Shown here in pieces: positions 14,474 through 28,675 of a DNA stretch of 64,000 nt. The notes under the pieces are model-generated. The model did no database searches. It was given only the letters and a program-made list of their open reading frames with translations, and was not told where the DNA came from. Source of the DNA: Octopus vulgaris (taxonomy: Eukaryota). A program made the translations under genes and the position numbers. The stretch covers positions 105,338,001-105,402,000 of the forward strand of contig OX597822.1 of assembly GCA_951406725.2 (NCBI GenBank), given 5' to 3'. Within the stretch, counting starts at the first letter, position 1. Every line of letters begins with the position of its first letter.

Positions 14474-14814
14474 AACTAATTAATAATAGTATCGGCCACA
14501 AATGTTTCCCAGCTGTAAACTTGGTGCACTGGTATATATGTGCCTTTCTATCAGGATATGCAAGCTATGTTTTTACTGTTTACTAAGAAACTTGCACTTC
14601 ATCTTGCAATTCGGTGTGTATCTTTTTTATTATTCCTATGAACAGACTGCCTTATATGTCTTAACAGTTGAATTGCTGTATTAGCCCTTCTTTTTTCTTT
14701 TTTTTTTTATATGTCATCATTCTAAAAACGTTTGTAAATACGTTTATTCAGTTATGTATATATAATATATAATAACTATCTGTCTATATCTATGCCTATA
14801 TCTATATTTATATC

Positions 14815-14887
<73 letters not shown>

Positions 14888-14888
14888 A

Positions 14889-14918
<30 letters not shown>

Positions 14919-14920
<2 letters not shown>

Positions 14921-15270
14921 GGCGCAGGAGTGGCTGTGTGGTAAGTAGCTTGCTAACCAACCACATGGTTGTTATAGCCTCGGGCCGACCAAAGCCTTGT
15001 GAGTGGATTTGGTAGACGGAAACTGAAATAAGCCCGTCGTATATATGTATATATGTGCGTGTGTGTTTGTGTGTCTGTGTTTGTCCCCCTAGCATTGCTT
15101 GACAACCGATGCTGGTGTGTTTACGTCCCCGTCACTTAGCGGTTCGGCAAAAGAGACCGATAGAATAAGTACTGGGCTTACAAAGAATAGGTCCCGGGGT
15201 CGATTTGCTCGACTAAAAGGCGGTGCTCCAGCATGGCCGCAGTCAAATGACTGAAACAAGTAAAAGAAAA
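14919..15270 (+). mobile_element. SINE B with internal deletion
   Basis: About 45 bp including the B box is missing near 14971. Confidence 0.88.
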
Positions 15271-15334
15271 AAGAAAAAGAAAGAAAGAAAGAAGAATATA
15301 TATATACAATAATATGTTACATTATTCGATAGTC

Positions 15335-15396
15335 AAGATAAAACTCTGAGTTTCAGATGCCGAAGTGGGAATCCACGACATCTCTTCGGTTATCTT
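15335..15396 (-). ncRNA. Hammerhead-like motif with CCGAAGA core
   Basis: AAGAUAA-CCGAAGA-GAUGUCG..CGGCAUC-U-GAAA-CUCAGAG-UU^-UUAUCUU. Helices I and II are 7 bp each. Helix III is the same ACUCAGAGU as at 50263, and there is one extra U before GAAA. Confidence 0.62.
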
Positions 15397-15481
15397 CGGT
15401 TACATAATATTGAGGTCTCTTTCTTTCTTTTGTTATCTTACCGTTTTACCAATATAAAGTGTGTATATTGTGTTCAGATGC

Positions 15482-15543
<62 letters not shown>

Positions 15544-15889
15544 GCATCTGAACACAATATACACACTTTTATTAACCATTAACTTAACTTCTGGATTTGC
15601 CATGTGAAAATGATTAAGTACTGCTATATTTCAACATCTGAACTGCTTCACTTAATACTACGCGGAGCAATATATGTATATATATATAGTAATGATTATG
15701 TTCTCATAGGTATGGGTATCAATGGTAATATTTGGAAAATATATATGTATATGTGTGTGAAAATAGGTTTATATGAAAGCTGTGCACTCATATGTCTGTG
15801 TTGCAAGGGATTTAACTGCGTATGTGTACTACAATAACAATCAATTCAGAGTTTGTCCGTGTTTGCGTTTATAGGAGTGTATATAATCA

Positions 15890-15990
15890 CTATGTATGAG
15901 TTCATGTGCACGTCTATATAGATAAAAAAATGTGTATGTATATAAATATATGTACAGATATCTTTAAATGTAATGATACGAATAAATATT

Positions 15991-16044
<54 letters not shown>

Positions 16045-16155
16045 TATGTATGAGTTCTATGTATGAGTTCATGTGCACGTCTATATAGATAAAAACGTGT
16101 ATGTTTATAACTATATGTACAGATATCTTTAAATGTAATTATACGAATAAATATT

Positions 16156-16215
<60 letters not shown>

Positions 16216-16225
16216 TATGTATATA
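15890..16225. repeat. Tandem duplication of a ~165 bp unit containing (TA)n
   Basis: CTATGTATGAGTTCATGTGCACGTC...AAATATTTG(TA)nTGCATATG occurs at about 15890 and about 16057. Confidence 0.9.
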
Positions 16226-16387
16226 TAAATATGTGTGCGTGTGTGTGCGTGAGTGTTTAGCATTTGTATATACGGATGCATACTTGCGTATGGGTATATA
16301 TTGTATTTGTGTGTGTAAATATATGGATGTGCGTGTCAGTAAGTATATATATCGTTTCCTCCCGTTATATATACATTCATACATACA

Positions 16388-16494
<107 letters not shown>

Positions 16495-16551
16495 ATATAT
16501 ATATATGTGTGTGTGTATGTATGTATATATGTATGTATGACGGGAGGAAAC

Positions 16552-16590
<39 letters not shown>

Positions 16591-17458
16591 ATTTGTGAAA
16601 TGTGTTGGAGCTTAGTGTACCGGAATCTCTATCCATCTGTTTTGTCATTGTCCTCATCTTAACCGCCTTTACCGAAAGTGCATTCCGTTTGGGTTTGCCT
16701 ACTAATGTGACAGATGTCGCAAGACGGATCATATTACTTATTGCTATCTGAGATATCGCTGAGAGAAAGATGTTTCCAACCATAGTAGTGTTGACGACCG
16801 CTCGGTTCAAAGTCTCCCTTAACCACAAATGGCCTGAACTCCTAACATGAACACCACCCTGTACATAACTCCATGTCCCCCTACATGGCTTTGCTTTTTG
16901 CTTTTTGAGCCAAAAAATTAACTAACTAACTACCTTTATTTTGATTCATTGCTTTGTAGTTTGTCTGACGTATAATATACTAGGAAGTTAACAGAATGAA
17001 ATAATACTTACATTTTCTCTATTTACCTTATTGTTGACACCCCCACCAAGCGAAGAGTTTCATCCTGCACTGCAGGTTTAATTCATGTACTAATAATCAT
17101 TGAAACCAAATACCTGAAGACGTGAATCAGGACTAATTTTTTGGGGCATGAATTACTTAACTTCGTATGTAGTATGAAGTAAATATCATTTGTTCAGAGA
17201 CACAAACGTAACAGTGGATTATTTCTCAGTAATCATTATTGACCCTGTAAGAATTACAACAGCCCGACTTAATATACATTACTTGCATTAGCGAGGCAAT
17301 GCTTTCATAATTAACCAAAGTATAACTAATTATCTATTTGTTAGCCGAATACTATGTTAGACAGGTTCTTGCATAAAATGCTCATGTGGTAAGTGCGTGT
17401 ATTATACTCATCTACTCAAATTTCACACAAACACACATACGTATATGTAAATGTGTAC

Positions 17459-17563
<105 letters not shown>

Positions 17564-17760
17564 AGTTGAATGAATTATCTTATTATGGATAATTCGGTTA
17601 ACCGATACCTGGGTAGCAAATTCACATCAGAAAAAACACGGTTGAAGCTACATGCCTAGGGCAGAGATCACGTGCTATCGTGTGGAAATTTGTGTGTTTT
17701 TTTAAATACAAATAAATGAAAGAATGGAGTTGAACGACGAATTAACAAAATTCCTTTATT

Positions 17761-17835
17761 TTCGACATATGTTTCGAAGGCTGCATATTCCTAATTTCGA
17801 AAGAATAAGGAGTGCATTATGTCGCCTTCTCATCA

Positions 17836-17836
<1 letters not shown>
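17761..17836 (-). ncRNA. 5'-truncated hammerhead ribozyme
   Basis: UUGAUGA-GAAGGC[long hairpin]GCCUUC-GAAA-CAUAUG-UC^, with palindromic helix III ACAUAUGU and a GUC triplet. The 5' strand of helix I is replaced by (TA)n. AATAAA lies just downstream. Confidence 0.72.
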
Positions 17837-17874
<38 letters not shown>

Positions 17875-17876
<2 letters not shown>

Positions 17877-18498
17877 CTCTTTTACTTGTTTCATTCAATT
17901 GGCTGCGGCCATGCTGGAGCACCGCCTTTAGTCGAACAGATCGATCCCAGGACTTATTCTTTGTAAGCCTAGTACTTGTTCTATCGGTCGCTTTTGCCGA
18001 ACCGCTAAGTTACAGGGACGTAAACACACCAACATCGGTTGCCAAGCGATGTTGGGGAACAAACACGGACACACAAACATATATGTTTCTTTACTACCCA
18101 CAAGAGGCTAAACATAGAGGGGACAAACAAGGACAGACATAGGTTTTAAGTCGATTACATCGACCCCAGTGCGTAACTGGTACTTATTTAATCGACCCCG
18201 TAAGGATGAAAGGCAAAGTCGACCTCGGCGGAATTTGAACTCAGAACGTAGCGGCAGACGAAATACCGCTTAGCATTTCGCCCGGTGTGCTAACGTTTCT
18301 GCCAGTTCGTCGCCTAACATATACACACACATACATATATACGATGGGCTTCTTTCAGTTTCCGTCTACCAAATCCACTCACAAGGCTTTGGTCGGCCCG
18401 AGTCTATAGTAGAAGATAGTTGTCCAAGGTGCCACGCAGTGGGAATGAACCCGGAACCATGTGGTCGGTAAGCAAGCTACTTACCACACAGCCACTAC
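17875..18498 (-). mobile_element. SINE B interrupted by SINE C
   Basis: Two B halves flank 18084-18315. A diverged B copy follows at about 18520-18862. Confidence 0.88.
18084..18315 (-). mobile_element. SINE C nested in SINE B
   Basis: TSD AACATATA at 18076-18083 and 18316-18323. Confidence 0.9.
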
Positions 18499-19369
18499 TC
18501 TACACACCGGTTGAAACAATTTTAGTCGAATGACTCGACCTCAGTAATTTTTTATACCTGGTACTTATTCTATGAACATACCAGCACAGGCTGTCAAGCG
18601 GTGGTGGGAGCACAAACACAGACAGACAGACACACACGCACAAACACACACAATCACACACACACATACACACACATATATATATATATATACGATGGTC
18701 TTCTTTCAGTTTCCGTCTATCAAATCTACCAAATCTGTACAAAAAGGTTTTTTTTCGGCCCAAGGCTATAGCAGGAAACACCTGTCTAGGCTGTCACAAA
18801 GTGGGACTGAACCCGGAACAATGGAACAATGTGGTTTGGGAGGAAGCAAGCTTCGTACCACAAATCCAAGCCTTTATACGTAAGTTCAGTTACATCAGCA
18901 GAAACATAAAGACAGATGCGAGACAATGAAAGAACTCGATTGTAGCCGCTAGAAATAGCAGCCAGATTCTACTGAAACCATACCTTGACACATATAACAG
19001 AGATCCTTTCGGATAATGTAGTCGTAGATGTCGAAAAGAAGATGCGATGCACGTGACTTGAATCCTTTTTCCAAGGTATGCTTGACCGGTGCTTACCTGG
19101 AATTAACAAGAATATTAAAAAAAAAAACACAACACAAAACAAAAACAAAACCAATTGCCACGACAGCAAACGCTATTTAGAAGTGATCGATATCTAAACT
19201 GATCTGATTGTAACTGAGAACCAGGAATCATTTAGTAATAAAAACTTGTTGGGTAAAAGATATTTTACACTGATCGCGTATCTCGTGTAATGCATTAGAG
19301 ACTTTTAAGTGGTAATGACGATCGTCGTTACCGTGACGACGGTAGCGACGGTGCTAATGGTGAGAAGGA

Positions 19370-19965
19370 TGATTATGATGATGATGTTGGTGGTGGTGAT
19401 GATGATGTTGATGTTGGTGGTGGTGGTGGTGGTGGTTGTGATGATGATGATGATGGTGATGATGAAGATGATGGTGATAATGATGATGATGATGGTGATG
19501 ATGATGATGTGATGATGATGATGATGGTGATGATGAAGATGATGGTGATAATGATGATGATGATGGTGGTGGTGGTGGTGATGATGATGATGATGGTGGT
19601 TGTGGAGGTGATGATGATGATGGTGGTGGTGGTTGTGGTGGTTGTGGTGGTGGTGGTGGTGGTGGTGATGATGATGATGGTGGAGGTGGTGGTGATGATG
19701 ATGATGGTGGAGGTGGTGGTGATGATGATGATGGTGTTATTTAGAGCAGCAGGAACAAGAGCAAGAGTTGTAGGAAGAGGAAGAGAAGATGGTGGTAATG
19801 TTGGTGGCTGTGGTGATACTAAAGGTAGTTGTGATGATGATGAGGAGGAGGACGACGACGACGTCGATGACAACGACGATGAAGACGATGGTCACGCGGA
19901 CAATAATGGTCAAGACCATGTCATCGTTGTCGTCGTCGTTGTCGACGATGATGGTGATGGTCGTA
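19370..19965. repeat. (GAT/GGT/GAC)n trinucleotide low-complexity tract
   Basis: Read directly. Confidence 0.93.
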
Positions 19966-20629
19966 TTGGTTTTTAAGATTGCCAGAACTTCACCTGGCCT
20001 AGAGTTGGTATTTCACTGTTGGGTTAGCAGAATATGTTGAGCGCCGTTCAAAATGCATTGCTGTGCCAATTCTTTCGTTCTTCATTCAAATCCACCTTGG
20101 CTCAACTTTGTGTTTCTCGATTCAGGGATCGATAAAACAACGTACCAGACCAACAGCACAGCATTGGTAAAATTGATAAAAGGCTCCACAAGATGTGTTG
20201 GAGGAGTTGGTCTGAACCTTTCTGAGTTAGCTCCGCCCACCCTAATATCCGGCGAAATCGACCCCTGATTTTGCTTTGAACAATATTGGCTCTGTGGAAA
20301 AAGAAAACTTGCCGTTCGGGAAGATTCGGTGTTTAGGTACTTGTTTAGATTCTTGGGTCCCAGACAAAAATAAATCAGAGAACTTTGAGACATAGATGTG
20401 GACAGAAATGAAACGTTTATACAAATTTCTTGAATCCGCATTCGGGCATGAAGCGCAAATGAAAGCGGCATCATTCTCTTCCGTTATGCACGAAGAGAGG
20501 GACAAAGACAGACAGAGGGAGAGAGAGGTGGAAAGGAGAGGGAGACAGAGAGAGAGCGTGACAGACATAAGGAAATAGACAGAGAAAGACAGTAAGGGAG
20601 ATTGACAGACAGATAAATAGATAGATATC

Positions 20630-21022
<393 letters not shown>

Positions 21023-21203
21023 GAGCATAATGAAATGAAAGGAAATGATAATTATGCTCAAAACGGTGCTGTAGTATGACCACAATTTCAGGTTGAAAAA
21101 CGTAAAAGAACAAGTAAATCCGGAAGCATGAAAAACAGCCGAATCGAGTGAAATTTGAGCTCATTCTGTGAAATGAACGTATGTTGAATACCATTGGGAA
21201 TAT

Positions 21204-21632
21204 TTACTCTACTCTTTACTCTTTTACTCTTTTACTTGTTTCAGTCATTTGACTGCGTCCATGCTGGAGCACCACCTTTAGTCGAGCAAATCGACCCCGG
21301 GACTTATTCCTTTGTAAGCCTAGTACTTATTCTATCGGTCTCTTTTGCCGAACCGCTAAGTGACGGGGACGTAAACACTCCAGCATCGGTTGTCAAACGA
21401 TGGTGGGGGGACAAACACAGACACACAAACATATACACACACATACATATATATATATACATATATACGATAGGCTTCTTTCAGTTTCCGTCTACCAAAT
21501 CCACTCACAAGGCATTGGTCGGTCCGGGGCTATAGCAGAAGACACTTGCCCAAGATGCCACGCAGTGGGACTGAACCCGGAACCATGTGGTTGGTAAGCA
21601 AGCTACTTACCACACAGCCACTCCTGCGCCTA
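21204..21632 (-). mobile_element. SINE B
   Basis: Full-length match. Confidence 0.9.
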
Positions 21633-22081
21633 TGGCTAAAGTTATTTCAAACGTATGGAAACATTATATAGAAAAGGATAACAAAGGGAATTGAATGAAT
21701 TCCAGTTATTGAGTGGTATTTTATGTGATACCGGCATGATGAAAGATTATATGGATCCTTGCGGGGATTTGAATTCAGAATTAATGAGATATAACTAATT
21801 ACCTCAATACATTTTACCCGTTAAGTATTATTATCAAGATTATCAATATTAACTTTGATAGTTATAATGTTTATTGAGTTAAATAATAATAATAATAACA
21901 ATACTAATAATAATAATAATAATAATAATAAAAATAATAATAATACTTTCTACTAAAGGCACAAGGCCTGAAATTTCTGTGGAGGAGACAAGTCGATTAC
22001 ATCGACTCCACTGTTTCACTGTTACTTAATCGATTCCGAAAAGATGGAAGGCAAAGTCGGCCTCGGAGGAATTTGAACTTA

Positions 22082-22141
<60 letters not shown>

Positions 22142-22265
22142 TGTAGTAGTAGTAGTTGTAGTAGTAGTATTAAAAATAAAAATAATAATAATCTCTTATC
22201 CTTCACTCGACCCAGGACGCTGGATGTGTCTCGGCAAGTGGCTGTAACAAAGATGCGGATAAAAA

Positions 22266-22314
<49 letters not shown>

Positions 22315-22315
<1 letters not shown>

Positions 22316-22737
22316 CTTGGCATAAAAGATGGGCTACAGTAAATATTCTGCTCAATACCACAGTTGGTTGACCTTAAAAAGTTGAGCATATCCCTTAGTG
22401 GCTGACGAAATGTGCATCTCTGAAATCGAGCAGAAGTACTGGGGGAGCATCATTGCCATGTTTTGAAACGAATTCTTTGGTGTTTGAATAATTCACCCCT
22501 GGAAATAGAGGTGTTCTGTTCATCATCCTCAAAACAAACTTTATTCGGGGACCTGAAGAAATTTCTAACTGGGCCCCACCTGCCGCGATGTCACGCGCAT
22601 AAGCTAATGATGCAAGTACCTGGTTTACCCTCATCAGAAGGGTAGTCACGATGGGTATACTGGGCGTTGTATATTTGTACTCCAGTGTCATTTTGATGGC
22701 AAGCACTGCTCTCTCTCTCCCTCTCTCTCTCTCTCAA
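22315..22737. mobile_element. Unclassified interspersed repeat fragment bounded by (TAA)n
   Basis: Higher-complexity block with (TAA)n on both sides and no recognisable ORF. Confidence 0.4.
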
Positions 22738-23124
22738 TAATAATAATAATAATAATGATAATAATAAAAGGAAAATAATCTCAGGTTCTTTGACCGTTGA
22801 ACTGTATAGAAACCTGGGAAACAGTGGGCTGTTACCTATTGAACAGAAAGGGTACCGAAAGATGAGCCGGAAATCGATGGATCAGCTCTTCATTAATGAC
22901 GCAATTATCAGGAACTGCAAGAGAAGACACACTATTGTAACTATTTTAACGATCCCAAAATGATGAAAGGCAAAGTCGACCTCGGATGAATTTAAACACA
23001 CAATAAAAAGGAAATAAATACTGATGAGCATTTTGCCCGGTGTGCTAACGATTCCACCAGCTCGCCGCCTTGATAACAACATCAACAACAATAGTAATAA
23101 TAATGATAATGATGATGATGTTAA

Positions 23125-23405
23125 AAATGGATATCAAAATCATGTAGATAACATCCCAGGAGAACCATGTCTCAGAGAAATCCAAAAGATTGTGGTGACT
23201 AGTACTGCCCAGATCTTTAGGAATGTCTTGTCAATTTAAATGTGTGTTGTATTACTAAGAAGATATTTCTCTACTGCCCCTGCCACTCTCCCTCCCCAAG
23301 CTTTCAGTCATACTGTAATATTTCTTATCCTTCAATCGCCTAAGACACTGGGGGCGTCTCGACAAGTGATTGTAACAAGCATGCAGATTAAAGGTGAATA
23401 GCATT
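23125..23405 (+). mobile_element. R4/Dong-like retrotransposon 3' end within (TAA)n
   Basis: NIPGEPCLREIQKIVVTSTAQIFRNVLSI* is followed by a 3' UTR ending in TAA repeats. A related 3' tip lies at 22192-22266, also between (TAA)n tracts. Confidence 0.7.
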
Positions 23406-23457
23406 AATAATAACGACGATGATGGTCATGATGATGGTAATAATAATAATAATAATA

Positions 23458-23500
<43 letters not shown>

Positions 23501-25383
23501 GTAATAATGATAATAATAATTCTAAATTTGCTTCGGAGAAGGCAACTACTGTGATGGTAGCACGTCAATTATAATGATCCCTGAACCTGAATAATATTTT
23601 TATCGATCCCAAAAGAAAGAAAGATGTAGTGAATTTCCGTGGGATTCGAACTCAGAGCAGGAACAAATACGCTTTAACGATTCTGCCAACAATAAATAGT
23701 AATGTTTTTCTGGGTGATAATAATGATACTAAAAATAAGAATGACGATGCCCAGGTTCATATTACTTCATATTACTCATATTATTCATATTACGAAATCC
23801 TAGGAAATGTATTATGTAAAGCTTCCATAGTGAGATAGAAATCTCTTTCTTGTTGGAAAGAATTCTCTACTCACCCCAAATGGATCAAAGATAAACAAGA
23901 TTCCTGCGGGTTTTTCTCTCAGAATCTAATGAGATCAAAATATATATTACAAGGCATTTAATTTACTGTCTGCCTTTTCACCATTTCTGCCATCTAACCG
24001 CGAGCTATTTGAGATATAGGAAGTATAAAGAGATAGCCAAACACAGCACATGAACAGCGGCGTATCATTAGTAATTGCAACCGTATTGCTGTATCAACAG
24101 CAGTAAGGTGAATGATAACAAGATGCAGTACAGCATTCGTTTTTGGTGTGCGTATGTGTGTGTGTGTGTGTGGTAGGAGACATGATTATCAGTAAAGCTA
24201 AATCTGCAACCGAAGTGCAGGTGAATGTAACGTCATCAGCGAACAAAGCCCATCAGACTTCAACCATTTTCAAAGAATTGATAAGAGACAATATAAAGTG
24301 TCTACTAAAGCATTTAAAAGAGAAAAATATACAGTGGTTGACAACAAATCATGTCTGAAATACATTTGATTCCGGGAAATCTATTGCAGAGCAAAGATGC
24401 AACGAGTTTTAAACGTTTTGAAAAAGTATCGGTAGTTTTAATTTTAATAAACACTAAGCCTTAACGATAATTGCATTTCTGAGTTAACTAAAACGGTAGT
24501 GAGATGTCTTTGCCAGGAAAATGATAAAAATGATTAAGACGGCTATATTGGAAAATAGCCTTACATGCCATGCATAGCTTGGTTGAAGTAGAAACACTCA
24601 TATTCTGTCAGGTGTTCGATTAAATTAAGTAAAACACAAATATATATTATAAAGAACTAAAACATAACCAAACGTGAGTAACATGTTTTGATAGATTTAA
24701 TCACGAAACTAAGATAATACAAGGATACAGCAGATTTTTTTTTAAGAGGAATATAATTTCTAATTCCATATAATACCGAAGAAAATTGTATTTCTAAATT
24801 CCTGAATCACATGACACTGCATCGTAGCTGCTGATTAAAACTTTTTTGTTTCTTTTGAAGGAAAATAAAAAAGAAGAAATATACCCTGTCATCGCAACGA
24901 ATATATTTTTTATTAGTGAGTGATTTTAGATTTTCCGCAAATATACGGACACTACGTATGTTGGCGCTGGAGAATTTGTTTAGATATTTGATCCAGCAAT
25001 GGTAGTTTGGGAAAATATCTTGTTTCATAAACAGTTCTTCTTCATCATGAACATCCGTGTTACTACAGTGTTTTGTAAAGTGACTCTAGTCAGAGTAGTT
25101 CTTTGGCAACGAAATCGTTGATTGATTTTTTTTTAAAGAGTATATTCCCCAAAGGTCATACTATCTTAATCCACCGATATTTTTTCTCCCACGTATGTCT
25201 GATTGGATAACATCATTATTAATCTTTATCATTTTTATAATAACAGCATAAAAGAAACCACCTTTATGGAATGAAAAAATAATAATTCTTGAGTGATTGA
25301 ACGATATTGGCAATATTGACTTCAATAGACTTCATAGAGAAGGGACGTTAATCGATAATATACACACACATATATATACAAAC

Positions 25384-25417
<34 letters not shown>

Positions 25418-25440
25418 GCATACACATAAATACACGAACG

Positions 25441-25487
<47 letters not shown>

Positions 25488-25869
25488 TCTGTATATAAAC
25501 ATGTATATGTAGACACACCCACACATACACATTCGCAAGGCACACATTCACACACATACACACAAACACACACGCACATACACAGCCTCACATACACTCA
25601 CATATATCGAGTTATGTCAAACGAATGAGAAACGAGTACTCAATACATGTTGTAGGGGATATGATTTGTAATGAAACTGAGTGTGAGGGTTCGGTTCGTG
25701 ACTCGATCTTCACACCACTGACCACACATTTAATGCTATAAATACACTACTAATCCGAGGTGTAGATTTTCTTGCCTGACGATCGCATTAGCGTGAAACA
25801 AAGTAGCGTATTTAATTACATGCATTCATACATTACATTACATTCATAGAACCTTATGTCGCCTCATCA

Positions 25870-26440
25870 TAGGAACATTCTCAGCTTTGTCAGACAAGGG
25901 TACTAGCATTGCTGTGGAAGAACAAGGACATGTGGAATAGCATTGCCTTTGACTCACAAACACTGTATCGAAGACTTTCACTATTGTTCTTCCAAGGGTT
26001 TTGGTTTCCTCGTTGATAATGTTGTCAAGGAGCGCGCAGTCATGTGCAACACTCAGTAATCCTCCACAGATGTGTGGTTAATTCTAGCTTCGATGGGGTC
26101 CTGATGAATTGGATTCCTGCAAAGCTTTTGACAGGGTGAACCACCGTTATTTGAATGCAGTTCTTACTTCAGCTGGTTTCAGTTACGTATTTAAATCTGG
26201 ATGTACAGCGACATCTGCTTCGTAAAGAAAATATATGAATCGCAAGCTCGGCCCATAAAATCGTATCCTCTCTCACCGGTTTCGTAGCTTCGCGTTGTTG
26301 GACCACAGATGCAAAATCTGAAAGTATCGAGGTGCAACTACTTGCCTGAAGATGCGGGAATACCTTGCCGGTATAAGCGGACGATATTACTGTAATAGTG
26401 TCTGGTACATAGAAATTTGAGGAAATCAACACTGTAATAG
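25870..26440 (+). pseudogene. L1/Tx1-like LINE reverse transcriptase fragment
   Basis: KAFDRVNHRYLNAVLTSAGF, MYSDI and V*ADDITVIVS (YADD with a stop). Frameshifted and internally deleted. Confidence 0.78.
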
Positions 26441-26453
26441 AGTTAACCGAATT

Positions 26454-26672
26454 AGGTGAGCTGGCAGAAACGTTAGCATGCCGGGCGAAATGCGTAGCCG
26501 TATTTCGTCTGCCGTTACGTTCTGAGTTCAAATTCCGCCGAGGTCGACTTTGCCTTTCATCCGATAAATAAAGTACCAGTTTCGCACTGGGGTCAATGTA
26601 ATCGACTTAATCCGTTTGTTTGTCCTTGTTTGTCCCCTCTATGTTTAGCCCCTTGTGAGCAATAAAGAAATA
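26454..26672 (+). mobile_element. SINE C
   Basis: Match with a small internal deletion. Confidence 0.87.
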
Positions 26673-26756
26673 TACATCAATCAGGACATTTAACTGGACT
26701 TGCATGTCGGAATATAAAGGGGTGGACTCATGACATAAGCGTCATGGTTCTCTAGA

Positions 26757-26945
26757 CCAATCCTCCGCAACGGTTTTTCACTTGCGGTACACTTATATTC
26801 TTTTCAGAATTCGGCGGCACACTTGACTTAAAAAGTATACCTAAAGGAATAGGGGAAAAAGATTATATTCAGGTTAAACTGTGACACACTTAGCATTGCT
26901 TCGTGGTATACCAGCGTGCCGCTGCATACCGGATTCAGAGCACTG
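26757..26945. mobile_element. Decayed hAT (Charlie-like) MITE
   Basis: CA...CACTG ends, TGCGGYACAC/GTGCCGC subterminal motifs, and CTCTAGAC/CTCTACGC flanks. Confidence 0.4.
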
Positions 26946-27461
26946 CTCTACGCCAATTATCGTGTAAAGAGGATGGGAAGGGGGTCTTAGTTCAGATACG
27001 ACACCGAAGTGGATTAGGAGTTGCAACGAGGATGAAGGCGTCAAATTTCACAGAGAAAAGATATTCCTGAGAGCTCAAGCTGGGATAGCAAATGAATCCT
27101 CCACTTCAGTCATTTATTTCTATGTGACTGTTCAGCACGGTGCCATTTTCAGCTGTGAAGATTATGACGTCTAATCTTTAGTTTCCGTTGAAAAGTTTAG
27201 TCTGTTGCCGATAAACTGAGCAAGAAGAGCTTGGTGTGCCAGAGATTCTCATAGACATTTTCGGAAATACCAGAAAGGAGTCGAAATCTTTGGCTACCTA
27301 AACGCCGGTATCTCACACATGGACAGGCGAGGGTTTTTCTATTGCCTTCTTTTGTACATTCACATGCACATGAGTACATGCAAACACGCACATTTATATG
27401 TATTATGTATGTATGTATGTATATATATATATATATATATATATGCATACATATGCATATG

Positions 27462-27517
<56 letters not shown>

Positions 27518-27558
27518 CAAACATATATATACACCTATATGAATATACATATGTATAT

Positions 27559-27600
<42 letters not shown>

Positions 27601-27740
27601 CACACATATATATATATATATATACACACACATTATATATATATACACACACATATAAATATATCCTCTCCCACAAAATTTCAGGCTTTGTGCCTTTGTA
27701 GAAATGATTAATATTGTTGTTCTTGTTACTGATGCTCCCT

Positions 27741-27775
<35 letters not shown>

Positions 27776-28675
27776 GGTGGTGGTGGTGCTATCGATGTCG
27801 ATGTTGCGTCTGCTATTGTGTTCATCGCAATTCGACGTGTTCCGTGCCCCCCCCCCCCATTTCGAGTGAAATTAATTGGAAATCTGCTTTCTTTCATCCG
27901 GAAGTTTTTCATAGAAATATAATTAATTAATTGTTTGTCTTAGTTTGCTTTTTTGCGGGGGGGAAAAAGTGTCTGTAATTTTGCGTAGAAAATATTTTCT
28001 CATTTTCATTCGTAAAGAAGCAAAATCGCTTTCTTATACAGGTTGGACGCCCAATAATTTGGAACCAGAACTAACATATTTTTTTATGAGCGTTAAACAA
28101 AAATAAAACGTAAGAAGGAAAGAAAAATAGGCAAAAATATTTTATAACAAATCATAAAAGTTTTTAATGCAAAGGAAACATTTATTGCGACAATGTTAAC
28201 AACAATAACAGAACGAAAATCATCACACGTACATACTCATGCCCACACTCACACACATATACACACACACACACTCTCTCTCTCTCTCTCAGAATTATAA
28301 ATGCCAAGGAAAATAGTTTGGCCGACACGCCTAGACACACTCAAAGTTTTTCACATAAAATCTTGTAATAGAAGGAAGTGTGACTGGTGTGTATAAATCA
28401 GTATGTCTTATTATATACGAAACATTCTTTGTATGTTCTAGAAAGGAAAAATTGACACAGCTATGCTTCGGGAAAAGTGAACAGCCTTTCATGTACCATC
28501 AAATGACCTCCTAAAGGAAATCTTACTCAAGAGGTGGGATCTTGTGTCTTTCGTTGCATAGATTAGGGCGTATAAAAATGTCTGTCTTGTTTTCGATAAA
28601 GAGAGTGGAGTCTAACGGCTACAGATATATCAGCGCAATGCAAGAATAACTACCAAGTCTATTAGCAGTGACATT

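Noticed and set aside
19309-20040. Poly-M/V/D/S/T ORFs
   Set aside because: Trinucleotide low-complexity tract with no domain.
20082-20474. 130 aa minus-strand ORF with a nearby acceptor-like site at about 20293
   Set aside because: No recognisable domain, and it overlaps a decayed SINE C-like segment.
23021-23040. CTGATGAG motif
   Set aside because: A mutated position in a decayed SINE C, with no hammerhead helices.
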